Assembly (NCBI GenBank): GCA_008632985.1
Contig: QPGO01000106.1
Location: 186,001 to 250,000, forward strand
Length of the DNA stretch: 64,000 nucleotides
Reading direction: 5' to 3'
Source: Psammoneis japonica
Lineage: Eukaryota
A program made the position numbers and the translations under genes. This document shows, one piece after another, positions 8,616 through 20,524 of the stretch; within the stretch, counting starts at the first letter, position 1, and every line of letters begins with the position of its first letter. The notes under the pieces were generated by a model that made no database searches, was not told the DNA's origin, and saw only the letters and a program-made list of their open reading frames with translations.

Positions 8616-11063
8616 TTAGGGCGGGGGAGGTGGCGGAGGCGGTGGCGGAGGAGGCGGCGGAAAATTGCAATCAGCGAGGGTAAAGTTACTGAAAAGAATG
8701 TTCTGGCCACTGCAATTGGGACCGCAATCAGATGTGCACTGTTTGCTGAAGCAGCAAGTAACGCTGTTCTGGTTGTTTTCGGGACCGGGACACATGGGAT
8801 CAAAACCATTAACTGGCGTCGGCCCATTTCCATCTGAGAAATAGCATGAAATCTGCTGGTTGCTGTTGCCGGAGACAAGGGGATCACAATTTCCCGGGTC
8901 GACAGTCGTTCCTTGAAGAACAACAAAATTGTAGCAATCGCAGGCGTGTTGCCGGCATTCCGCATCAGTGGGCGGTGTGGGAGGCGGCGGTGGTGGCGGA
9001 GGAGGTGGTGGCGGCGGCGGAGGCGGTGGTGGCGGAGGAGGCGGCGGTGGAGGAGGAGGCGGTGGTGGNNNNNNNNNNNNNNNNNNNNNNNNNNNNNNNN
9101 NNNNNNNNNNNNNNNNNNNNNNNNNNNNNNNNNNNNNNNNNNNNNNNNNNNNNNNNNNNNNNNNNNNNNNNNNNNNNNNNNNNNNNNNNNNNNNNNNNNN
9201 NNNNNNNNNNNNNNNNNNNNNNNNNNNNNNNNNNNNNNNNNNNNNNNNNNNNNNNNNNNNNNNNNNNNNNNNNNNNNNNNNNNNNNNNNNNNNNNNNNNN
9301 NNNNNNNNNNNNNNNNNNNNNNNNNNNNNNNNNNNNNNNNNNNNNNNNNNNNNNNNNNNNNNNNNNNNNNNNNNNNNNNNNNNNNNNNNNNNNNNNNNNN
9401 NNNNNNNNNNNNNNNNNNNNNNNNNNNNNNNNNNNNNNNNNNNNNNNNNNNNNNNNNNNNNNNNNNNNNNNNNNNNNNNNNNNNNNNNNNNNNNNNNNNN
9501 NNNNNNNNNNNNNNNNNNNNNNNNNNNNNNNNNNNNNNNNNNNNNNNNNNNNNNNNNNNNNNNNNNNNNNNNNNNNNNNNNNNNNNNNNNNNNNNNNNNN
9601 NNNNNNNNNNNNNNNNNNNNNNNNNNNNNNNNNNNNNNNNNNNNNNNNNNNNNNNNNNNNNNNNNNNNNNNNNNNNNNNNNNNNNNNNNNNNNNNNNNNN
9701 NNNNNNNNNNNNNNGGAGGAGGAGGTGGCGGTGGTGGTGGTGGTGGTGGCGGCGGTGGCGGTGGCGGAGGAGGAGGCGGTGGCGGAGGAGGCGGCGGTGG
9801 TGGTGGCGGCGGTGGGGGCGGAGGAGGAGGAGAGGGAGGTGGCAGCGGACCGCAGCCTCGTCCATAGCCACCAAGTTTCATAGCGCCAAGACACTCGGGC
9901 TTGTCTTCATCACAGCCTAAATCAGGTATGGTTGGGTCTGCTTGCGTGTCCTTGCAGGGAGCGCAGAACCACCCGCCTTCCAGGTAGTGAGCGGCACAAA
10001 ACGGAGCCTCTGGGGTGCAACCCGAATCGTAAATGTCCATGTCCATGTCATCCTCTACAGCATCGTTCACGCAGATGGCGCACTTGAATCCATAGCCGTT
10101 CTTCGGGGCGACGCAGTGGGCATGGTTGGCGTCGGGACACCCAGGGTCTTCGTCATCTCCGGGGACATTTTGACACAAGAAGCATCCAGAGCCTTCTCCA
10201 TCAGAATCCTCATTGTTGCAAATGGGGAACAAGTAGCTGCATCCATCGTCAATACCCCGATTCTCTGCTGTGTGCTCTGCTGTGTTGCGGCAGATGCCAC
10301 AATAGTTTCCGTTTTCGTCTTCAATGCAGGCAAGTCGTGGTGGGCTGCAGCCTTCATCAGCAATGTCTCTGGGTCGGTCATTTATGCAAGCTTGGCACTT
10401 GGTGCCGTCACAAAATGGGCAATGTTCGTCGCAACCATGGTCCATTTTTCCACGAGGTTTAGTGTCCGAGCAGACGGTGGGAGCGATTGTTGGGGCGAGG
10501 GAAACGGTAGGAGCAGCCGTAGGCATCATCTCGCATTGTTCAGGAATGTGTTTGCCCTCGAGGCTGTAGCCAATGAGCTCGAGAGGACCTAACTTCATTC
10601 CAATGTCAAGAGCTGCGGAGCACGAAGTGTGCACCTCAGGGAAGATAGTATTGTCAATGTGGAAACAAGTGGTGGAACCAAACTTGTGTCCATCACGCTT
10701 AATGGTAAAGGTCTCGCCAACGTTTATTTCACACGTGGAAGTGGAAAAACACGGTTCGACGAATGTGGCACCGTCCAGGGTAATGGGGTACGAGTCGTCT
10801 TCAGTCATGGAAATGCTGCTTCCGCTGCACTCAAACTTGTCTTTGGATGGGTCCTTTAAAGAGGGTTGCACAGGAGAACGATCGCCAGAGGTGCAGTCGC
10901 CACCAATCAGCTTGAAGGTAAGGTGAGCCAGTGCATCCTTGCCGGCACAGCAGGCACTGTTGGGGTCCAGATATTCATCCGAGACGGAAGAGGAAGTTTT
11001 GGGGGAACGGGCCAACACGACCTTTGCGGCCGCAAGCGAGTAGAACGCAAAGGACAACCTCAT
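8616..11063 (-). CDS. Secreted Cys-rich / poly-proline (extensin-like) cell-surface protein with an HTSCS (DUF7467-like) domain; spans an assembly gap
   Basis: ATG at 11063 gives the signal-like MRLSFAFYSLAAAKVVLA. It contains EVHTSCS..L..G.KLGPLELIGY, repeated DxGC..xPxC modules and long poly-Pro runs on both sides of the N-gap. Confidence 0.8.
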   Translation of the reverse strand: MRLSFAFYSLAAAKVVLARSPKTSSSVSDEYLDPNSACCAGKDALAHLTFKLIGGDCTSGDRSPVQPSLKDPSKDKFECSGSSISMTEDDSYPITLDGATFVEPCFSTSTCEINVGETFTIKRDGHKFGSTTCFHIDNTIFPEVHTSCSAALDIGMKLGPLELIGYSLEGKHIPEQCEMMPTAAPTVSLAPTIAPTVCSDTKPRGKMDHGCDEHCPFCDGTKCQACINDRPRDIADEGCSPPRLACIEDENGNYCGICRNTAEHTAENRGIDDGCSYLFPICNNEDSDGEGSGCFLCQNVPGDDEDPGCPDANHAHCVAPKNGYGFKCAICVNDAVEDDMDMDIYDSGCTPEAPFCAAHYLEGGWFCAPCKDTQADPTIPDLGCDEDKPECLGAMKLGGYGRGCGPLPPPSPPPPPPPPPPPPPPPPPPPPPPPPPPPPPPPPPPPPPPXXXXXXXXXXXXXXXXXXXXXXXXXXXXXXXXXXXXXXXXXXXXXXXXXXXXXXXXXXXXXXXXXXXXXXXXXXXXXXXXXXXXXXXXXXXXXXXXXXXXXXXXXXXXXXXXXXXXXXXXXXXXXXXXXXXXXXXXXXXXXXXXXXXXXXXXXXXXXXXXXXXXXXXXXXXXXXXXXXXXXXXXXXXXXXXXXXXXXXXXXXXXXXXXXXXXXXXXPPPPPPPPPPPPPPPPPPPPPPPPPPPPPPTPPTDAECRQHACDCYNFVVLQGTTVDPGNCDPLVSGNSNQQISCYFSDGNGPTPVNGFDPMCPGPENNQNSVTCCFSKQCTSDCGPNCSGQNILFSNFTLADCNFPPPPPPPPPPPPPP
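9069..9714. other. Assembly gap (646 N) inside a (GGN)n poly-proline tract
   Basis: N-run flanked by GGA/GGC/GGT repeats. Confidence 1.
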
Positions 11064-11654
11064 TGTGGTGACAATGTGGATGCCAACGGCGACCTGATAG
11101 AGGAGCAACGGCAACTTGTGGCGCGACTGTTGTATGAACGGTTGGAGTAGACTACTGCTTGCAAGAGCGAAAACGTACAAGAGAAGAAAGAATGAGAGGC
11201 AGTGGAGGTAGAATCGACAAACAGCGACATGACTGTGATGTGTGCATTCAACGACAACAGAGGAGCACGATCATCATCGCTCACGTTGCTCATCAGATGA
11301 CCCTTCCATGGACTCACCTGCCGAAATTATGACAACAAAATTCAGGACCCGTGGTTCGTTCCACCCGCCTAACGTCATACTGTAGGCGTTGTGCGTTGGA
11401 GGCGACCGTTGAAGAAACGACGGACTTTCGGAATTTTTATGTATACAATGAAGTACCCACATCATAAGACACTGTGATGCCACAATACTATAGTGCATCC
11501 AATCACGCCACGTACTCGTGCGTTTTAGTCGTAAGCTGTATCTGTTTGTCGTGCAACGTGCAACCACAGGGCCGTTATTTAAAAATTTTGGAAATTTTGT
11601 CTGCAAGCGTTGTGCGTTAGGCGTTAGGTGACCTCCTTCCGGCTGCACAAATTG

Positions 11655-11990
11655 TGAGCATTCCATTGCATCAGAGAGTCAGTATGAACAATGACGGTAG
11701 AAGCACCAGCAAACGAAAGGATTATGCAAACGCATTCAAAAGAAGCAAACCACCAGGTTATACACGGCCGAGGGTGGTGGCCGCATAGGAGCACAAGAAT
11801 TCTTAGAAACGAAAAGAGCCATGGCAACACGTGTTTCCATTGCGTCACCCAACAACAAAGGACATTCATCGGACACAAAGAAAAAGATTTGGGATGTAAG
11901 GCTAGATATCTTTGCTAGACTTCTCGCAGAGGCCTCAGATAGTGAGGTTGCCGATCTCCTCCCCGATGCCGCAGAACATCGTCATGCTGT
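11655..11990 (+). repeat. Lightly mutated fragment of repeat family A
   Basis: Homologous to 30212-30537 (atgaacaatga..gaagcaccagcaa; ttcttagaaa.gaaaagag.catggcaacac; acacaaagaaaaagattt) but retains TpA and CpG. Confidence 0.85.
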
Positions 11991-12183
11991 TTTCAGGAAG
12001 TCGCCGCAAAAGCGTGGAAAGTCTGTCGCGGATACTTTCCACTTTATTTTAAAATAGTATTCATATATATGAAAATATATAAATATTCATATGTTATGAA
12101 TAACTTAGATTTCCCTTTTCATATTGCCCTTACAACCTAAGTAATTTTGGTTCGCAACCGTTGAGTGATTATGTTTTATATAT

Positions 12184-14300
12184 TAAGACTGACTAAATAA
12201 AAAGGAAACCATGGAAAACAGACAGACGTGATGGTTACTTTTGAGAAAAAAGCAAAAAACCATCACGCGCACCGCAAACCGCAGCAGCACCATGGAGACG
12301 CCGCTGTGTTCATAAAAAGCGACCGTCACTGGGACAATATCACACGGTTAAAAGCATTGACATAAGGTAATACGAATCTGTCGAGTATGCTGGTGGTGTT
12401 TGTTTTTTGGTGTCATCTAAAATTCTTGTTGCAACACTCTGTTTAGATGGACAGCATGTTTGTGGTTTCTCTGCGACTCGGCTATATTCATGAATCGACC
12501 CTCACTGGAACAACATCACATGATACAGAGCATGGACATAACTCAATATGAATGTGACGAGTATGATGGTTGTGTTTGTTTTTTGATGTCGTCTAAAATT
12601 CTTGTTGCTGCACTCTGTTTGGATGATTTTGTGTGGTTTCCACGCGACTCGGCTGTGCTCCGCATTAATGAAGCGACCATCACTGGGTCAATGTCACATG
12701 ATTAACATCATGGATATAAGGTAATATGAATGTATCGAGCATGATAGTTGTGTTTCTTTTTGGCATCGTCTAAAATTTTTGTTGTCGTGCACTCTGTTCA
12801 GATGGACAGTGCCGCCGACGTGATCGCTCCAACCAATCAACCGTGCCAGCAGGGACCACATGGACGCGCCAAAATTTCCTCAATGGTAGAATAGTTAAGA
12901 GTGGAGTGAAGGGTTTGCATGTGCTGTTGCACTTCAGCAGCTGCAGTTGGATGCAATGCCGCAATCGGAAGCATTTGTTGTTGTAGACCATGCGGGTTGA
13001 CGAAATTCGGGTTGACGAAATGCGGCGGCGGCGGGGCGGCAGCAGCAGCTGGTGCTGCAGGTTGCTGGGCTGTAAAATGTGGTTGAGTGGCAGGAACAGC
13101 TGGGGGTTGAGTGGATGCAGCAGCAGCAGCGGCAGTGGGAGATTGTCTTGATCTCGAATTGGAGACAGTCTTTTTGCTCCTTTTGGCCTTGTCTGCTTTT
13201 GACTTGTTGTGTCTGTCGATCATTGCTTGTGGTGGTGTGGGGCAAATCTCATCCTGATGCTCCACTGGAACATGCTTCCTCCATTTTTGTCCCAAGCTCT
13301 ATTTGTTTAATGTCGGGAATTCCAGGAAATGGAATGACCTGGGGTGCCGCCTGCAAGAGCTCCATTCTGTTGCTGTTGGTCCCAGGCTTTTTGAATTCTC
13401 TTGTGGCAGTCTCACCTTGATCCTCCTCCCGGCAAGACACCTGAATTTTCATGTCAGTTGGCGAGGCTTTTGTCACAGAAAAGATGTGGCTCTTGTGGAC
13501 GGTGCTGGGGGCGAAGCATCGATGCAATGAATCGAGTTTCTTGTCCCAGTCTTGGAAGTCTTCCTCGTCCACAGCGGTGGCGGCAGCATTCTCGTTTTCA
13601 TTCAACAATTCCATCATTTGCTTGAAGGCACAGACATTGGAGTCTCTGCATGGCTTTTTCAAGATGTCGCACATCCGGTCGCAAGGGTTCTTTGTGTGCC
13701 CGACTGCAAGAAACACAAACTGTGCGGTTTGACAGAATCCCCGCTCAACCAAGCAGAGGGCCAGCCGAAGAACCATCCTGTTCTTGTTCTGACCCAAGCA
13801 GTTGTCCACAACAACAGCAAGCTTTACTCGAATTTGCTTTGCTGTTCCATCATCATCAACCTCCAAATGCCCTTTGTCCTTTGAGATGCTTCACAATGAG
13901 TGATGCGACGTTGTTGCCTCCTTTTTTACCTTGGCCGTCGTCCATTACGATTGTGGACGAAAGACAGTTGCTGCTGCGGGAAAATGGTGTGCATTCTATT
14001 TTCTGAAAAAAATAAAAATGGCTGCCAAAAGTGTACCAGCGGCAACAACAGTAGCTTCTTACGTGGCTGACAAAGTGCGTGGTATGCAATTTACGCGCAT
14101 TTTGAAGAGTGCGCGCGTCCGGTATGCGATCCCATGGAAACCCCAAGATTGGTGCCATTTTTCAAGAAATCGGACCCACAAAATGACCGACACATCGTTT
14201 GAAAGCATTTTTGCTCTAGTTTTCACTAATGCCAAAAGCAAAAAACTCAATTTTTGGCCCAAAATTGGCAAATGGTGACCTTTCTATTTAGTCAGTCTTA
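12184..14300 (-). mobile_element. Deleted TIR DNA transposon with a Sola-like (DUF7869-type) transposase remnant
   Basis: TIRs taagactgactaaataaaaaggaaaccat (from 12184) and the reverse complement of atggtgacctttctatttagtcagtctta (to 14300) match 26/29; the outer TA may be the TSD. Transposase motifs at 13249-13950: GKKGGNNVASL; DNCLGQNKNRMVLR...FLAVGHTKNPCDR. Confidence 0.8.
12270..12810 (+). repeat. Three copies of a roughly 177-bp subterminal tandem repeat
   Basis: aata.gaat.t..cgag.atg..gg.tgtgttt.ttttt....c.tctaaaatt.ttgttg...cactctgtt recurs at about 12369, 12546 and 12723. Confidence 0.85.
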
Positions 14301-14863
14301 TGTGGTAATAAAGTGTTCATTGAAAGAGGGCATTATGACCGTTTTTGATCAATGACTTTCCACGATAGAATTGCAAGATCTAGACGACTTGATATCCCTG
14401 GTCCGCGCATCGTTGCGCTTTTGTGCAACAGTGTACTACGATTTTTGGGTCACAGTCATTTTCCGGTCATTCTCCACACCGTTGTAGGAAAGTGCAGCCA
14501 GGATTATATATACATGTATGTCATTAGCATGTCGAATGCCCCATTCGGCACGAATATCCATATTTAAATAATGGCGCTCAAAATATTATCCCTGTAGAAT
14601 TCTACGTCAATTCGAGTACAAACCGCGTTGTACTTTTCCGCAACGTGGCGATTTTCACGACCAAAAATGTGTCCTCTTGCTGGTTGTCTTATGAAAGCCA
14701 CCTCAGGTTGTTTAACACTGTCCAACCGCCAGACACAATCATTAAAGCCTGCTTTAACTTGTTGGGTCAGGTCAGGTGTCAAATGACCGGCTTGGTCGAT
14801 TGTCAAGGACAGCACAAAACCACGCTGCACTTTCGCGCAACGTGAATGCGAGGACCAGGGACA

Positions 14864-17800
14864 CAAGAAGAGACCCGATCATTCAGCGCAATCGCTGATC
14901 GGAACTGACTTCTAACGGCTTCTTGAACACCTGATGCGTCAGTCAATGCACATGTGTCAGAGAGAGCACACTCGGTCACAGAGCACATGTGCGCCCATCT
15001 CATGCTCACTCTTCCCCTCCATGGTGCAAGAATCACGCGCACCATTGGAACCACTTGACTCAAATTTAAACTCCAAATGTGCAAGGAGAAGGAAAACCAG
15101 ACGTTGGGAAGAAACCCTCAACTCTGATGCGGTGCCACGTGACGAATGTCAGTCCGCTCAATGACGTGTGGTGCTCGCAGCACCGAAGCTGTCGCGTTGG
15201 CGTGGACTTGTGCGCAATTCGAAATGGGCCATGAGCTCGAGCTTCCAGCTTCGCTGGATCCACGGACTTGACTGGCACATCTTGTCCCACTGGACAATCA
15301 CAAGAATGGCAATTTGCGTTCTGTCGTCGCAGGTTTTCGTTGACAAGCACTTGACGGTTGGCTTGAACAGCAGCAAGATCAGAGGGGACAGGCAGATCCA
15401 AAATCATGTCTCATTGGAGTGCCAATGCTCCACTTGAAACACCCATGGACCTTGAGTGAGAGCATCGCAATGCAAAGGAGGCTGTGGCAAGGGCATCATC
15501 CACTGTTTGCTCGGCCTGTTGAATGTTCAAAGATGGGTCAGCAGCAGCCACAGCTCGCAAAACATTGCCACCGTTTGGTGCATTCGTTCACAAATCAAAT
15601 TGGCTGCAGGACTCCATGAGGTCATCGGAGCATCTTCGATGCTGGCCTGGTTTGACAGCATTTGAAATTCCCAACCAATGAATTCACCGCCGTCATCATG
15701 GATGCATCGATTCGGTCTGGGACAACGAGCCAACCAAAGGTTGCGGAACTTGTTGGCAACGTGTTGAGAAGTTTTGTTGTCAATGCGCATGAGTTCAGTC
15801 AGGCCAGCAACAGTGTCAACACAAGTCAGGGTGCTGAATTCAATTTCTTGATCTTGATCATTGTTCTCCATGGCCCGATGAGGTCAACTGCCACTTCCGA
15901 CCACGGAGCCAATGGTGCTTGGCATTCAGGCAATTCTCCATGTCCCGGACCAAGTTGTTTGAAATGTTGACAGGTGTTGCATGCAAACTCATTACAACGC
16001 CAATGCAATGCAGGGTGATGCATGTGAGTGCGAATGCTTTTGTGCAAATGAACAACTCCACAATGACCCAATGCACGATGATGCCACGTGAGCATGTCAG
16101 GCAACAATGCAGTTGGAGTGCAAATTTTCCATGCTCCAGGTGGATCATTCAAGTGCAGACGATGACACACAAGAGGACGCTGGTTCACAATCTTGACCAC
16201 AAATTGCTGCGGGTTCTGTTGTCTCTGTTGACTCAGTTGCTGGTCCTCAAACTGGAGCTGTTGCATCCACAATGTCTCGGTGGGACTCGGCATCTTGTCC
16301 AGTGTCGGACAATTCAAAAAGCATTCAAACAATGCAGGTTCATCAAGCAGAGAAGAAAAGGCATGAGACTCATCAGAAGGATTGACAGGAGCACGGCAAC
16401 ACTTGAACCTGCAAGCGCCCAACTCTAAATCTTCTTCTTCCTTGGCCTTGCTCAATTCACTGCTGTCTGACTTTTCAAAATGAACAATTTTTCCTTTGCC
16501 TTTGCGTTTGCCACTTGGTCCAAGGCTCTTCCCCTCCAAAGGCGGATCCATGCATGGGAGTCAAGAAAAACAATCGGCGAGCACATTGTCCTTGCCTTTG
16601 ACACATTTAAACGCAGGCGCAAAATCTTCAAGGAATGGATGCCAACGCAGGACGCGCTGTGCATTCAAAGTGCAAAAGGTGAGATTCTTGTGGTCAGTGT
16701 GAACAGTGACATCAGCACCGAGCGACATTGTGCGAAATTCTTTGGAGCACATGATGACAGCCAGGAGTTCTTTTTCCATTGTTGAACAGTTGCGTTGAGC
16801 CGCTGAGAGCTTTTTAGACCAGTGTGCCACAGGTTTGTCATCTTGGATGACAGCTGCACCCATGTGGCAGTCGGGTGCATCGGCACACACATGGAACGGC
16901 AGGTTGTGGTTAGGATGGGCCATGAGAGCTTCCGCTGTGATCACTGCTTTCATTTCCTCAAATGCTTTCTGACATGCACCTGACCAATGGAACTGGCTTT
17001 TGCCTGTTGGTTCCGTCAAAGGTGCAAGCAAGTGAGAACGACAAGGCCACATGTTGCGACAACGGGTTGCTGCACCCAAAAAGGAGCAAAGTTGCGTGGT
17101 GTTCCATGGAGGTTGCATTCGCAGAATGGCTTCGACCTTTTTCTTCCACGGTTTGACGCCAGTTGGAGTGAGCCAATGTCCCAGGAAATCCGTTTCTTGG
17201 ACACACCACTCGCATTTCAATGGGTTGACTTTCAACCCATTCTCTTCCAGACGATGTGACACCTTGTCAAGACAAGAGAGATGGCAGTCAAAGTCAGCAT
17301 CAAAGGCGCCAATGTCATCAACACAAGTTTCAACATCCAAGCCATGCAAAATCTTTTCAATGATGGACTGAGCAATGTCTGGAGCTGGTTTCAATCCCAT
17401 GGCCATGCGGCAATGTTGGAACTTTCCGCAAGGGGTTGCAATCATCGCCAGCTCCTTGCTTTCGTCATCCAACTCCAAGTTGCAGTGGAGCATGGTGAGA
17501 TCAAGTTTGGTGAAGAACTTGTGTCCCGCTCTCCACTGCAGCACATCTTGGATTGCCGGCAAAGGATGGACTTTCCACTTGAGCACCTTGTTCAGTTCAC
17601 GGAAATCAGATGCCCATTGCACTCGGCCGTCCTGCTTGGAGCAATGAAAGCACCAGGTGCCCACTCCGCAGGTCCACATGGTCGCAAGACTCCCAGGTCC
17701 ACCAAATGCTTCAGCTCCTTTTCAAATGCTTCCTCATTGACACGAGCGACAGGAAAAGGTTTTGAGTGATGGGGCACAGCATTCTCATCCACCTCCAGGT

Positions 17801-20503
17801 GTGCCTTTTCATGAGGACAGTGACCCAAAGTGCCATCAAACAAGGTTGAGCATTTTTCCAACACCGCCAATGACTTCGTCTTTTGCTCTTCCGTCAGGTG
17901 ATCTGGGTTGCAAACCACTTCCGCAGGATCCATCTCTTCACACTTGGCATCCAACATGCAGCTGTCATGTCCATCATCACATCTGCAGCTCAATTCGTCC
18001 TCTCGCAATCTTCGCCGAATTCATCCATTCAGTCCAGGGCAACATGCCAGTTGCAGGACTTGGACCAATGACAAGGCTCCTTCATCGGAATGATGCGGTC
18101 CAACCAACACAAAGTTCCTGTGTCACAATTTAAATGGAGCCCAATTTTGTCCAGGAAATCTTGACCCAAAATGATGTCATGCGCACACGGAGCATCAAAC
18201 ACATGAGCCACACACCCATCAACCCTTCTGGTCTTGTTGAATTTGGGCAGTGCAATGTCACTCAGAGCCACCCAACAACCTGACTGGAAAGGACCTGCAA
18301 CGGTTTGAAAAGCTCGTGCTCCCTGCTCATCAATGGATGGCACAGCTCCATGAGGCAAAACTTGAGAAGAGATCATGGTGTGAGAGCCACCAGAATCAAA
18401 TGGCGCATGCATCGCACGATTCGACTCATGACACTGGATCAATTTGGCAACTGACAGAGTTGATGGGACCAATGCAGTGCGCGAGACTTGCAGACCCATT
18501 TTGGGGAGAGGAACATTGTGCTCAAATGCATCTTGATTGAACACGTCCCCCTCTTCATTCACGCAACATTCTGCAGCATCTTCAAATTCAACAGGCGACA
18601 ATTTGTCAGGATTTTCAAAACAATCAAAAGCAAAACTTTCAGGCAAATTTTCAGGCACAATGCAATCATCTTCAACAATTGCTTCACATGCAGGCAATTG
18701 GGAGCATTCAGCTCCGGAGCATTCAGCTCCTTCTTCTCAGAACTGCCAAGGAAACTGCCCATCTGGCTGAAACCTCACCACACCTCCGGAACGTGGAGGG
18801 CCTCGTCCAATCATGTCGAAATGGTGCGTGTCACCACGAGGAGCTTCTCAAGCCTGGTTGTCATTCACATTGTCTGCTTGAGCAGCACAGCCGTCGGCCT
18901 GACCTTGGCCACCACGATTGTTGTCATCATTGCAATGATGTTGGCCACCACCACCTTGGTTGCCACTGTTGTTTTGATCCCCATTGTTGTTGTTGTGTTG
19001 CAATTGTCACAATGGGCACCACGACCTCCTTGGTTTTGGTTGCCACGACCGCCAAAGCATCCACCGCCACCATGGCCAGGACCACGGCCTCCTTGGAAGC
19101 AACCTCCACCTTGACCTCCACCGCCACGACCTCCACCTCGACCGCCGTGGTTTTGAGGCCCACGACAGTTGGGGTTGTTTGGACTGTCTCAACACTGGCC
19201 CCATGCGTGTCTTCCATGATGCCACGGGACCGGACATGGATCACCAGCCTTGGGTTGACCCTCATTGTCCTTCTTGTCACGGTTGCCCTTTTTGTTGCTG
19301 GAGTTCCCTCCGTTGCCATTGTTGGACTTGCATTTCTTGTTGTCCTGACCATCGGCAAACACCTTCTCGTCACTCATGCAGGCTTGAACATCCACCATGG
19401 AATTTGCAACAAGATTCTTGCCCGCACGAACATGGGGCTGCTGCCATGTCAAAGGAAAGGTGCAGAAGACAACATTTTTCTGTTCCTGCTCTGTGAGTTC
19501 AGGGATGGTTCCAGGCAAACAGTTGGCACAGCGAAGTGGAGTTTCCATGCAATCAACATGCATTGCAGATTCCGCGGAGCAAGGTTTCTTGCAAGCAGGC
19601 AAGTGCATCTTCATTGTGTCAGGAGCTGTTGGTTTCACACAATGCAGACAGTGATCCGTGATGGCTTGATTGAACCAAGCTGCCGTCCTTTGATTCTGTG
19701 GAATGCCTGCCATGACACTCTGCCACTTTGCCTCCGCAGTGCCTTGCAAGCAATCCTCAAAGGCATCAAAGAGTTCCGTTCCGGTGTCACAATCCAATTG
19801 TCTTGCCACCTTCCAAAAACGATCCTCCACATGCAACGACGATTCAATTCCATGTTCTCCTGTAAAAATCGGACACATCTTTGACGGCTTGGTTCCATCG
19901 TCAAAAGTTTGAGCAAGTTTCACTTCAGGCAATTCCGAATCCAAGAATTTGGTTTTATGCTCAATGCATGCTTTCTCCAAGGCTTCTTGACACATGACGA
20001 TGAACAATTTCAGCGATCAAAGAATCAACAATCCACACAACAAACAAAACAATGTGCTCCCAATTGATCCACACAACAAGAACAATCAATGACCAAACAA
20101 CAAATTCAAGTGTGGCAACACGAGCTTCGAGTTCAAACAAACGCTGCTCCGAGTTGCCAATTTCATGAGCACAATTGTGCTGAGGCTCCGATTGATTTCT
20201 AATGAAATTTTCTGCATGAGCACGTAAACAAGCTTTCTCTCTTTTTGACAGCACTCTGCATGTTGTCATGAAATGGATGACACAATGAGCAAGCTGTGAC
20301 AATGACTGCAACTGCAGTGCAAGATCTGGCTTGAGACAGACTTGATAAAACAGGTTGTGAGAGAACCAAGAAGAGACCCGATCAGCACAATCACTGATCG
20401 GAACTGACTTCTGACGGCTTCTTGAATGTCCAATGCATCAGCTGACACACACACACACATCAGAGAGGGCACACTTGGCCATGGAGCACATGTGCCCATC
20501 TCA
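14864..20503 (-). mobile_element. Ty3/Gypsy LTR retrotransposon, near full length, hypermutated
   Basis: 5' LTR 20332-20503 (TGAGA...TCTCA). Truncated 3' LTR 14864-15002 with PPT (minus-strand ggaggggaagag) at about 15007-15020. Gene order is gag (about 19190-20250), protease (FDSGGSHTMI, DIILGQDFL, about 18100-18480), RT (DFRELNK, HPLP, CVDD), RNase H (DAPD, EKELLAV, TDHKNL), then integrase (H..LGHCG..C..CQ, VAVDLIGPW, CIHDDGGEF, GPF). Confidence 0.95.
16561..17760 (-). pseudogene. Gypsy RT-RNase H, inactivated
   Basis: The 372-aa ORF 16561-17679 has clear RT/RH motifs but no tyrosine at all; catalytic YxDD reads CVDD. Confidence 0.93.
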
Positions 20504-20524
20504 TTCAAGAATTGCATCATGGAG

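Noticed and set aside
8564..9920. Poly-Gly/Arg/His ORFs across the gap
   Set aside because: Alternative frames of the poly-proline tract, artificially extended by Ns.
14864..20503. Alternative genetic code or Tyr reassignment
   Set aside because: Neighbouring genes use TAY normally, two different replacements (Cys and His) occur, and non-coding LTRs show the same change.
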